64,000 bases of DNA from Yuukianura sp. NJ FZ-2021. Taxonomy: Eukaryota. A model generated the notes under the pieces. That model had not been told where the DNA came from, searched no databases, and worked only from the letters and a program-made list of their open reading frames with translations. A program made the translations under genes and the position numbers. Below, piece by piece: positions 19,932-30,851 of the stretch; position 1 is the stretch's first letter; each line of letters opens with the position of its first letter. The stretch covers positions 1,922,001 through 1,986,000 of the forward strand of contig CM102287.1 in NCBI GenBank assembly GCA_046563655.1. Direction: 5' to 3'.

Positions 19932-22900
19932 ATGGCCTCCAACTCTAACCAATCATCTGTAGCTGTGCCCGGTGAGACCGTAACAAGTTACCATTTTTTA
20001 AACAAAAAATTCGATACTGATTCCATTACAAAACTTAACGAAGACAATTACATAACGTGGAAGCTGAGGTTAGAAAGCTTGTTTAGAGCACACGACATTT
20101 TGAAGGTAGTCAATGGGACTACGCCAAGACCTGCAAATGCAGGCGTTGACCAGAGCAAGTGGGACAAGCATAATAACGAGGCAATAAGTTGCATTTATCT
20201 TTGCATTAAGGACAAAGAGCTAAGTTCCATTGCAAGTTGTTCCACTGCTGCAGAAGCATGGAACAAACTGGCAACAATTCATCAAGACGTAAGCGGAGAG
20301 TCAAAAGGACTGCTCTGGCAAAAATTCTATAACGTCAAAACAAGCAGCGAAAAAGCGCTCTTCAGGCAATGATTGAAATCCAAAACCTTGCGGTTCAATT
20401 GAGGTCATTAGGCTCCGTCGTAGACGAGGAGTCTGAAGTCTCAAGAGTTATCACCAGTTTGGACGATAACAAATACAAGCATTTTAAGGAAGCTTGGAAG
20501 TCGGTCGAAAGTTCAAGGAGAACGACAGGAAATCTCCTGTCACGACTTAAAGCTTTGGATTTAGAGCAACCTAAAGAAAAACAGGCTGATGAGTCAGCAT
20601 CAAAATCCTTCTTTTCTAATGAAGGTAAAGAAGGAAAATTTAACAACCGCAAAGACAAGTCAAATGATATTTGCAGAATTTGCTCCAAGAAGGGGCATTG
20701 GGCAAGAGACTGTTTTCATAAAAATACTCCAGTCTCATACAAAAATATCCCTAAGGGTACAAAAATACGCCCGTACACAGGGACCTATAAACGAGACCCA
20801 AATTGGAAACCCAATGATCAGGGAAAACGGGAAAACAGAGATAGAAATGCCTACATGGTATGGCAGAGCGACGATCTAGCAGAACAATGGATAAACGATT
20901 CTGGCGCAGATCAACATTACTGTGGAAATCGAGAATGGTTCTCAGATTTCACAGTCTATGAGAAACCCAAAGAAATTCATATGGCAAATAATACGTGCAG
21001 TTACGCTGAGGGCTTTGGCACGGTCAAAGTAAATGCGTACAAACAAGGAAGATGGGAGGAAATTGAACTACATAACGTGGATTACATTCCCCAAGGCGTA
21101 AACCTAGTTTCAGAAAACGTGCTTCTGGAAAAAGGTTTTGAAGTAATGAAAAATAGATTTGGGGACATAACGTTCTTTTGGAACAATGAGCCGGATCTTG
21201 AGGCCGTTCGGAAGGACGGGCTTCAAATCATGAAATTCAAGCCCATAAAAGAAAACATGCTTTTACCTGCATAAAAGAAGTAACATGGCATAAGCGCCTT
21301 GCCCATATTAATGGTGAATTTCTAAAATTGACAAAAGAGAAAGAAGCTGCTCTTGGTTTAGAGCAAATGAAGGAGGAAGATTTTACTTGTGACTCCTGTC
21401 TTTTGGGAAAATCAAAGAAACAGGGATATAAATCCAGCCAGACGGAAAGCAATTTCAAAGAGGGTGAATGTCTTCACCTTGATCTGGGTTACGCAAATAC
21501 CACCTCCAAAAAGGGAAATAAATATTTCCTAGTCATTAAAGATCAGGCAAGCAACTTCAGGCAAGTTTATGCGCAGAAGACTAAAGATGAGACAGTGAAA
21601 AATATTAAGGACGCTGTTCACTTTATCGCTAATCAAACGGGAAATCATGTCAAAGTCATTCGGAGTGACAATGGCACTGAAATAATTAATGAGGAGTTAA
21701 AACAGTTTGTGTCCCAAAAGGGAATACAGTTGGGCACAAATGCTCCTTACTCAAGCGCGAGCAACGGTTTTATCGAAAGAGACATCAGAACCATTCAGGA
21801 TGCATCTCGTACAATGATAATAGAGGCAAATCTAAATGACACTTTCTAGGAAGATGCGGTAAAAACCGCAGTCTACTTTCTGAACAGAACTCTATCTTCC
21901 CGCAATAAAGTCAAAACGCCGTATGAGATGATTTTTGGTAAAAAGCCAAAATTACATCACGTCAAGACTTTTGGATGCGAAGCTTTCGCTCATAAAATGA
22001 CAAACGCAAACAAGTGGGAAGAGAAAGCAACAAGATGCATTCTGGTGGGGTACAACTCCGCCAACGATTTGTATAGGCTCTACAGTCCAGAAAATCGAGT
22101 TTACTTTGAACAAACAAAGCACGTGTCATTTAACGAAAAGGTCGAAAAAATCAAAATCAGAAATATCTTCCAAGAAGATATCACCGCAATAGAGACACTT
22201 CCAAAACCAGAGACAAAAATTGATTCAATGGATACGTCAAAATCTGAACCTGACAGCAATAAAATTGTTCTAAGGAAGGATTTGACAGGAGAATACAGAA
22301 TTGTTTCTCCCGCAGAAAACAAAAAATTTAACACGGATTGTGATTATGTAAATATTGAAAATTTACAAATCAAATCGGACACTGAAAATAATTCAGTCGA
22401 AATGACACCGGCACTCACGCATGACAATGAGTCTCTTAACGCAACGGTTAATACTACTGCTGGTAGTACTGAAAACACACTGCGCAGGTCCGCTCGCTTG
22501 CAGGCCAAAAATGCAAAATTCCAAATGTTTGTACAACAAACTGTTCCCAACTCTTACAAAGAGGCCATTCGAACACAAGAAGCTGACGAATGGAAACAGG
22601 CAATGGAAGATGAGTTCAATAGTCAACTCCAAAACAAAACGTGGATTTTAGTATCAAGACCCTTGGAAAGGAAAATACTCAAAAATCGATGGGTATTTCG
22701 CATTAAGACCAACCCTGACGGAACAATTGAAAAATATAAAGCCAGATTAGTAGTAAAAGGCTTTAATCAAGTAGAAGGGGTCGATTACGAAGAAACTTTT
22801 GCCCCGGTTTGTCGTTATGAAACAATTCGAATAATGCTGGCTCTAGCTGCTCAAGAAAGCTGGGATATGATTCAATTTGATATTGCCACAGCCTTCTTGA

Positions 22901-24192
22901 ATAGCAATTTAGACGAAGAAATATACATGGAGCAACCTGAAGGTTTCGAAGTTCAAGGTACTAGCATTAAAGGAGAGAGTTTAGTCTGTCTCCTTAAGAA
23001 GGGCTTGTACGGACTCAAGCAAGCGCCCCGGTGCTGGAATAATACTTTGAACAACGAACTTCAAAAATTAGGTTTTTCAGCTCTCACGTCGGATTATTGC
23101 GTTTACAAGAGAGCACAGGATAACAAAATTACTTTCATCATAATTTATGTCGATGACGGCATAATTATGGGAAATGACAAAAAGGAAAATCAACAAATCC
23201 TAGGGAGATTACAAAATGTCTTTAAATTGACAGTTGGAAACTTGACCAAGTTTCTTGGCATGGAGATCAAACAAAAGAAAAATAGCATTGTTATCAGTCA
23301 AAAAAGGTACATTGAATCTATGTTGGAAAGATTCAATATGTCAAATTGTAAACCACTTAACATTCCAATGAGCCCTGGTTTACAACTTAAAACAGCAGAG
23401 ACAAAAGGCAATTCAGACTTTGAATATCAGGAATTAGTAGGATCTTTATTGTTCCTGGCTAGATGTACTAGACCAGACATAGCATACAATGTTCACTATT
23501 TGTCACGTTTCTTTGGCGCCTATGACAAAGATCATTGGGAAGCCGCCAAAAACATTCTGAGATATCTAAAAGGGACAGCAGACTTGTCCATAGAATATAA
23601 AAAGGACTCGACCTTGACATTGGACGGTTATGTTGACGCAGATTATGGCTCAGACATCAACACAAGAAAGTCAACTACGGGTTGTCTATTCACCATAAAT
23701 GAAGCACCCATTATCTGGCTAAGCAGACGCCAAACATGCATTGCGTTATCTAGCACTGAAGCAGAGTACATTGCTCTGTCTCATGCCGGAAAAGAATCTA
23801 TCTGGCTGAGACACATTTTGGCTGAATGTGGTCATCCTCAAGAGCAAGTTGTCATTCAAACTGATTCCCAGAGTGCTATTAAACTGGCCAAAAATCCAGA
23901 ATATCATGACAAGACAAAACACATTGACATCCGCCATCACTACATACGCAACTTGATGGACAAAAAGTTGGTCACGTTACAGCACACTCCTGATAGTGTT
24001 CAACCGGCGGATATCCTGACCAAGGCAGTAAACAAAGAAACTTTTCTGAGAAAAAGAAAGTTAATGGGACTTGATGAACATCCCACATCCTATGCACATG
24101 CAGTAAAAAGGAAAATTTTGAAAACCACTGTCAGTTCTACTCCAGAGTCCGCGACAACAACCAACTCTAGTGCAACATTTAAAACTGGAAAA
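19932..24192 (+). pseudogene. pol: Copia Gag-Pol; frameshifts near 20353 and 21250, TAG at 21847-21849
   Basis: CRICSKKGHWARDC, WINDSGA, IRSDNGTE, NGFIER, YKARLVVKGF, QFDIATAFLN, LYGLKQAPRCW, IYVDD, YVDADY, SSTEAEY, KHIDIRHH, ADILTK. Confidence 0.95.
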
Positions 24193-25851
24193 ATGCATTT
24201 CATTTGCTGCCTTCTTCTTCTGATCACCATGGGTACCATCGGAGATGGCTCAGTGGTTCCTGCTCACAAGCAGGGTCAATTCGTTATCTGGCGACGAAAT
24301 CCTACTCCCGTTGTGACTGGCTTTCACATAGTTCAATCCAGAATTAAACTTGTGTCGCCGTGTGATCTTCTTTCACCACGTGACCCCGGAAGTCGATTCA
24401 TCAATGAAGTGATAGACAAGTGCGAGGACAATTATCACGAGATTGTATTGGACAATTTGAAAAAGATCTGCCCTCCACAACCAAAATCCTCAATGGCAAG
24501 AGGGAAGAGAGAGTTATTTCTTGCCATTGGTATTTTGGTAGTTGCCGCCATTGCCACCACCGGCATTGGACTAGGTGGACTAGCCCTCACCAAATCAATG
24601 TCAGTGCAAACACGACAAGAAGAAATGAAAATTGTGCTAGACGACCTCGAGAAAAAAGTTTTCCGAAACTTTGAAATCAACAAGAGTGTGCTACAAAAAG
24701 AAATTCTTAAATTGGCGGGAAAATTGGATCAAATTCGTAATCAAGTTCTGTATAACCAACAAGAAGCTGTGGAATGGGCTTATGTTGTTTCTTACTTAAT
24801 GGGTCGGATGTTAGAAGGAAGACAAGTCATACTCCAGACTGGAGAACTGTGGCGCAGCCGTCAACTAAGTAATGATTTTTTCTCTTACTTCAACATCACC
24901 TTACCTTGTGGAAGTAATTGCCCTGTGACCCACGGCACCTTTACTGGATGCTATATGGATGACGACGATGAAATCCATTTGGATTTTACCGTTCCAAATG
25001 TTGATCCGTCACTGATCTTGTTCGAGGCTGACACTTTCAAAATACGACAAACGGTAGGAAACAAAACATGTTTTCTTCAATATCGGGGTCCGAAGTCCGT
25101 CATCATGTCTACCACACGTGACTGCATTTTTGATACTTTCAATGAGAAATTGAACAAGGACTTTATTTTGAGCACGACGCAAACTTGCAAAAATTCGCTG
25201 CAGAAAACTCAGCAGGAATATTTCCAAGTAGATACTTGTGAAGCTACACAAACACCATTACCACCTTTCACCCAAGTGAAATTCTATGACAACGAATACT
25301 ATATCTACTGTCCGTCCAGCAACATAGAATACAATGGAAGAAAGATTCCGTGTTCCAACAGTGTGTTCACTCTTCCATTGTCAACATCCTTTACGTTGAA
25401 TGGGGTTAATTACACTGGCAACATTTTACAAAAAATCTACACGGAAACAGAAGATCCGATTCTAAGAAGCCAGTTGAATTGGCATCTCAATCCGGTGAAA
25501 GCGTCAAATCAATCCGTGGAAGAACTTGACAAGTTTTGGAACAAAGAAATACAGGACATAGAAGAAAAGACGCACCACATTAAAGAATTCGAATTTTCGG
25601 ATTCATCCTCCTCAAACAATTGGTGGGGATTGGCAGTACTTTTCATTCTCGTCCCTGGGAGCTTAATTGCCATGAAGATGGGAGTTCGTTATTACCACAG
25701 ACGCCAACACTTTCTAACTAGGCGACGTCTAGTAGCAACACGCTCAAGTCCTCCAGGAATTGAAATGGAGGTTTTGAATCCACCTGTCCCACGTCAACAA
25801 CCTGTACCGGAAACTCCAACCGTCAGCAATCATCACATCATTATCAGTTAG
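24193..25851 (+). CDS. env: Env-like class I fusion glycoprotein (552 aa), in frame with pol
   Basis: Signal-like MHFICCLLLLITMG, furin site RGKR (24499-24510), fusion-peptide-like LFLAIGILVVAAIATTGIGLGGLAL, heptad region, Cys-rich ectodomain, five N-x-S/T sequons, TM WWGLAVLFILVPGSLIAM and a basic cytoplasmic tail. Confidence 0.85.
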   Translation: MHFICCLLLLITMGTIGDGSVVPAHKQGQFVIWRRNPTPVVTGFHIVQSRIKLVSPCDLLSPRDPGSRFINEVIDKCEDNYHEIVLDNLKKICPPQPKSSMARGKRELFLAIGILVVAAIATTGIGLGGLALTKSMSVQTRQEEMKIVLDDLEKKVFRNFEINKSVLQKEILKLAGKLDQIRNQVLYNQQEAVEWAYVVSYLMGRMLEGRQVILQTGELWRSRQLSNDFFSYFNITLPCGSNCPVTHGTFTGCYMDDDDEIHLDFTVPNVDPSLILFEADTFKIRQTVGNKTCFLQYRGPKSVIMSTTRDCIFDTFNEKLNKDFILSTTQTCKNSLQKTQQEYFQVDTCEATQTPLPPFTQVKFYDNEYYIYCPSSNIEYNGRKIPCSNSVFTLPLSTSFTLNGVNYTGNILQKIYTETEDPILRSQLNWHLNPVKASNQSVEELDKFWNKEIQDIEEKTHHIKEFEFSDSSSSNNWWGLAVLFILVPGSLIAMKMGVRYYHRRQHFLTRRRLVATRSSPPGIEMEVLNPPVPRQQPVPETPTVSNHHIIIS

Positions 25852-25884
25852 ATTTACAGGTAACATATTCTTGTTTGAGAAGGG

Positions 25885-26324
25885 TGTTAAAAATATGGTT
25901 AGAATAGATTAAATCATACAAACAAGAATATGCGTCAGAATAATGAATTAGAATTAGGACATCTGTCACTATTGACGTGAATGTAAATTAGGTTAAGGAG
26001 CAAAACAGGAATTGGTAAACTAATTATAAAGTAGGTAATTAAGTCACCTCATTTAGTTTACAATAACATAATAGACAAGGACAAGGAAAAGTCATAGTTG
26101 ACGTAGGTTCTAAGAAAATACGTAGGAAATCGTTTTTGTCAAGGACACTAGGTCAGTGACTAATATTAAAATTAAGGTTAGTGTAGCCATATAAATACAA
26201 GTGATCTAGATAGGAAAAAGTGTCAGTGGTGCCTCGTAGAAACTACAAGTTTATTGTTCAAATAAATAAAACTTCAAAATCCAAAAGTGATTTATACGAC
26301 TGAGTTTATTAGCAATTTTCAACA
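25885..26324 (+). repeat. Copia 3' LTR
   Basis: Direct repeat of 19401-19840. Confidence 0.97.
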
Positions 26325-27227
26325 CTCTCAAAGTCAATGCTCCCTTTTCTACAAGGACAAAGATCCTAAATGTACAGATGAAACAAAAGAAGATGGATTT
26401 AAACAAAGATACACATTTGCAGTCAAAAGCAAAATAATTGAAATGGTTGGACGTCCGTTTACCGACCTTTGTGTCCAAAACAAATTTCTCGTTCCTTCAA
26501 TCGACTTACGCATTTCATTTTTAAGATCCACACCAGAGTTTTGTCTCGTTGCCAAAACAGCTGGTAACTACCAAGTTCAAATTCAAGATGCTCGCCTCAT
26601 TGTACAACGCCATCAACTTCTTCCCTCATTACTAACTTCAATTCTCCAAACTTGGGAGCATGGAAGGCCAGCAACATATCCAATGAAACGAGTTGAAATT
26701 AAAACATATACTCTATCCCCTGGCACAGTTACCAACGTCAACGAAAATCTCATTTCTGGTGTCATTTGTGATCGACTACTAATTGGACTTTTACCTTCAG
26801 AAAACTACATTGGATCTATAACCACAAATCCATTTGCATTTGAACACTTTGATTTGAGCTACATAAATGTTAGCATTAATGGTGACTCTGGAACTTCACT
26901 TGGGACACATGTAGACTTTACGCAAGATCAATATGTTCAACTCTACCACAATCTATTTTGTAGTCTCGGAATTGCCAACGATGACGTTGGACTAGATTTG
27001 AACCGTGAAGAATTCAAATCTCATCCGCTTATGCTATATAATCTCAGACATTCAAAAGAAGGTTTTCCTACTCCCAAATACGGCAACGTCAAAATTGATC
27101 TAAAATTTAAAACTGCACTCAAAAGCTCTGTCACCGTCCTTGTCTACGCCGAATTTCAATCCGTCCTACATATTGATTCCTCAAAATCAGTATACTTTAG
27201 AGACTACAGTCTTGCCAGCCTTCAACA

Positions 27228-27752
27228 ATGAATACACAACAAATTTACTCTTATCTGGCGAAAATTGTTGGCAAACATCCTTCCACTTTTGATGTAATTC
27301 CAATTGATCATTTAAATACCATGGAAATTTTCACCTACCCTCTTCTACTTGTCGTCAACAGTGCTCCTTCTCACCATCCAGGACAACATTGGCTAGCCCT
27401 GTTTAGAGAAAATTCAAAATCTCCACTAACATTTGTAGATTCTTATGGACTTGGTGTAGAAATGTATGATATAGCTCTGCAAAATTTTGCCAAACGTTTA
27501 AACACATCCATAATCGAAAACACAAAACAACTTCAAAGTATAAATTCTACAGTTTGCGGTGAGTATGCAATTTACTTTCTGTTTAAACTACTGCATTCCT
27601 GCTGTTTAATGTCAATCTACTGTAACTTTACTTCAAACACTATTACAAATGATAGGCTAGTAAAGCGGTTTGTTAGAAAACTGCTACGTCAAATAGTAAA
27701 AACTATCCCCCACTATGGCCCAACTCAATGTTGTACCCCACTTTGTAAATAA
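27228..27752 (+). CDS. Adenain-like cysteine protease
   Basis: VNSAPSHHPGQHWLA, FVDSYG, QLQSINSTVCGEYAIYFL (H-D-Q-C). Confidence 0.93.
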   Translation: MNTQQIYSYLAKIVGKHPSTFDVIPIDHLNTMEIFTYPLLLVVNSAPSHHPGQHWLALFRENSKSPLTFVDSYGLGVEMYDIALQNFAKRLNTSIIENTKQLQSINSTVCGEYAIYFLFKLLHSCCLMSIYCNFTSNTITNDRLVKRFVRKLLRQIVKTIPHYGPTQCCTPLCK

Positions 27753-27848
27753 GAACAACAAATAAACGCTTTTTTTTTCTTAATGCTGCACAACACTCAC
27801 AATGGAGCTTTTATTTTCAGAAAACATTATACCTTAAAAATAATATTT

Positions 27849-28172
27849 CTAATCGTGAGGCATATCCTCAATTTCCTCCTTGGCAGAAGCGACGTCTCTC
27901 AAGCAGCTTTGGAGTGTGTCCGTAGCTTTGTCCAAGTCACACCCGACGGCACGGCAATAAATGTTCGTAAGTTTCCGCATGACATATGGAATGTTCCGTC
28001 CCTCAAAGTTTACCACCTTTCCCTTGCGTTTAAAGTACACCCAAGTGTATGGTCGTCCTTGAAAAACCGAGTCCCGATGAAAAACTTCCAACTTTTTGTC
28101 ATCATCCACATAATTCAACACCTCACGCTCCACGCCGTCATCTACGACTGCTTCATCTCCTAATACACACAC
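27849..28172 (-). CDS. Polinton hypothetical protein
   Basis: 107-aa ORF convergent on the protease, followed by AATAAA. No recognised domain. Confidence 0.4.
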   Translation of the reverse strand: MCVLGDEAVVDDGVEREVLNYVDDDKKLEVFHRDSVFQGRPYTWVYFKRKGKVVNFEGRNIPYVMRKLTNIYCRAVGCDLDKATDTLQSCLRDVASAKEEIEDMPHD

Positions 28173-28464
28173 AAAAAATCACTTTTCCCCAAATTTGCTA
28201 TTGTAATAAAAAGAATTACCTCTCTTGTCCATTGTTAAAAGTAAGAGACTCCTTCTCCAAATGCTTCTCAAAAACTGAATGATTTGACATGCAACAAGTG
28301 CCATGATTTTATACCCCACACAAAACGTACAGACAACGACTTTTTATTCAAATCGAAAAGATAAGACAGCAAAACGTACAGACAACGACTTTTTATTCAA
28401 ATGGAAAAAATAAGACAGCAAAACGTTTACATTTCAGAACTAGGCATGAGTCATATAGTGACGA

Positions 28465-30013
28465 TTAACAAATTGCATAGTCAGCCGCAATCGTTTCCAA
28501 CTCCTTCACCAGCAAGTCCTTTGCTTCCATGTCCTCACCAAACTTAAATGTAAACGACTTTCCCGCCAAAATCTGCCCTCCGCGGGTGCTTGCTGAACTC
28601 CCTCTTCCGTTGTCCATCACCACAAGAACCCCCAAAGCATCAGCTGCAGCCAAAATCTTGTTCCAACATTCCTTGTCCTTCTCAAAGCTGAACCTTGTTT
28701 GCTGACAGACACCGGACAGTGAAATTTCTCGTAGGGCTGGAAGTCTCGGAACTAGTTCCATGAAAACAACATGGTCAACCCCGCAAGAAAAATCAATGTG
28801 ACTTCCAAGGCGATCCAAATGTAGTTTTCTCAAATTTGGTAGAGATGCAATCGATCTTACAAATTCTCCACGTAACACATTTGCTCCGACCAGTGAAAGT
28901 TTGTAAATGGACTTTGGATAATTCTGCTGACAGACAGTTTTGTGGAACCCTTGAAATCTTCCGTGTCCAAAGAAGAATGGGCTGTGGCTGTGGGGAATAA
29001 ACTCCAAACGCAATTCCGTCAAATTATTCAGTTCTTCCAACCCCTCAATCCGATATGGCGACCTCGCGTCCATCACCACGTTACTAACATCCAACTTGCG
29101 TAGGCTTTCTTTACTATTCTTGATTATTGTAGCCACCCGTTGCATTGAAACTCCGTCTAGTTCCACCTTCAAGCATTCAAAAGCATTTGGCAAGTCCACC
29201 AACTTCCACCAAATACTAAAAAACGTGGACGGGAATGCGTAGTGCGGAAGACAACTGATCTCCAAAACCCGCAACTTTGGCAGCACCACGTTTGCCACGG
29301 GGCCAATCTCTCCAAACTCCATGTTGACCCGCATACACGTCAACCTCAAAACTTCCAACTTCTCATGATGCCTTTGGATGAATTCGAAGAAGCTGTGAAC
29401 TGTGCCCGGCTTGAATTTGTGACACAACTGGAACTCGGAAAGTTGTGCTAGTACAAAGTCGGGTTTTGAACACAATATTTCAAACAACCCGGGCTGTTGG
29501 TGCCTTCCCGCATTTCCATTGGACAAGCAAGAGTCAATCTTGAGTATCTTCAAGTTCTGGAAGTGGCTCACCATTTGAGATGGCGTGAATTGGGCACAAT
29601 TGATCTTTCCAATTGCACCAACGTGAAAAAAGTTCATCGCCGGAACAAAGTAAAACGTCCGAATTGCGTTCCGGAGACCGCTCATTGAGCAAGCGCCAGT
29701 AAATGTTACCTCCTGGACCAGGCTGCGAAACTTGATTGCAGGCAGCGCTCCATCGCGGTAGTTTTTCAGAACGAGATGCTTCACTTTCGCCTCCTTCACA
29801 TGCGGAGGAAGCCACTTGTTGTAGCACACCAGCTTCCAACATCCCAACCTAAACCAAAAAAAAATTCTTAAAAAAAAAATAACTCAAAGTCTCAACAGGA
29901 GGCGCCGTGAAAAATGTAGCGAACCTGTCAACGCGTTTTCTCCACTCGCTTGACACAAGCCGCATTCTACTCAGCTCATTATTGTTCAAAAACGACAGAA
30001 CAAGGGCCACCAT
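28465..30013 (-). CDS. F-box / leucine-rich-repeat protein, intron 29849-29924
   Basis: Exon MVALVLSFLNNNELSRMRLVSSEWRKRVD (F-box-like) splices in phase to the 460-aa ORF with LxxLxL repeats (FQNLKILKI, LPKLRVLEI, LNNLTELRL, LPNLRKLHL, LPALREISL). Confidence 0.78.
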
Positions 30014-30851
30014 CTAGTTAACAGAAAATTCATTCATTTTCTCATATATATATATCCTTCGGGGCTAAAGATTTTCCTAGTTGGGGCAACGTCAGAATCG
30101 CCCCCCCTCCCCCGAATCGAAATTTCTCTGGAAAAAACTGTCAAATCTCGCAGTGCCCCGCCTGATGTAAACAGGTCTCACAATGCCACGAGTGATGTAA
30201 ATCCAAAAACATATAAATTCTCACATCACCCCGCTTGATGTAGATTCTAAAACAGCCGTATTCTCAAATAACCCTGCCTGATGTCAATCCTAAAACACCC
30301 TACCCAACTGCTCACCTCGTTCGGAAGGCTTTCCAACTTCGAGTCTTCCATTGCCCTAGATGATCTAAAATTTGTGCTCAAATTGGTTTTCTAACAAGCG
30401 AGAGGTACTGTTACAAATGACAAAACAACTCAATTATATACCCCAGATCAAGGACAAAAGAAACGTTTCGTCTACGTCCAAAGTCCAACAAAATGACGTC
30501 ACCGCATGAAAGTGGAAAGTAACGACAAGATTACGACAGAAAACGATGGGTTGCATCCAAAGTTTGTCTTCCCACCAAAATACTACCTTACCATCTACTA
30601 CGATGCGAAAGTCCAAGGTCATGAGCCACCAAACCAAACTCCTAATATGTGATTATGCTAAAGTTTTTTCACATATTGCATTTCGGTGATATCAAATTTG
30701 TCCAAATTCTCTTCACATTTCTTAAAAAACAAAGTTGTTCTAGCACAATTTCAAAATACAAATAGCAAACCCAAAATAACCAAAACGTACAACGAAAAGA
30801 AAAACTTCAATTTATTTTTGCAAAGAAACACCTAATTGTTAGGTTTTGAAC

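Larger units (their letters stand above)
19401..26324 (+). mobile_element. Full-length Ty1/Copia LTR retrotransposon with env-like extension
   Basis: 440-bp LTRs, 5-bp TSD CTCTC (19396-19400 and 26325-26329), PBS, short PPT GAGAAGGG, domain order gag-PR-INT-RT-RH. Confidence 0.97.
18956..27231 (+). pseudogene. Major capsid protein (double jelly-roll), split by the Copia insertion (18956-19400 + 26330-27231)
   Basis: Removing the element and one TSD restores ...EYKRS|QSQCSLFYKD..., 448 aa. Motifs PANNFLHSLF, YAYRAYLETLLGY, NPFAFEHF, LVYAEF. Confidence 0.93.

Noticed and set aside
19401..26324. Classifying the env-bearing element as Gypsy/errantivirus
   Set aside because: Integrase precedes RT, and the RT/RH motifs (YKARLV, LYGLKQ, YVDD, ADILTK) are Copia-type.
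26287..26329. N-terminus MIYTTEFISNFQH of the 314-aa ORF
   Set aside because: It is LTR-derived. The real frame is the C-terminal part of the split capsid gene.
28321..28430. Two-copy direct repeat CAAAACGTACAGACAACGACTTTTTATTCAAAT
   Set aside because: A simple local duplication that includes a minus-strand AATAAA at the 3' end of the F-box gene. No further structure.
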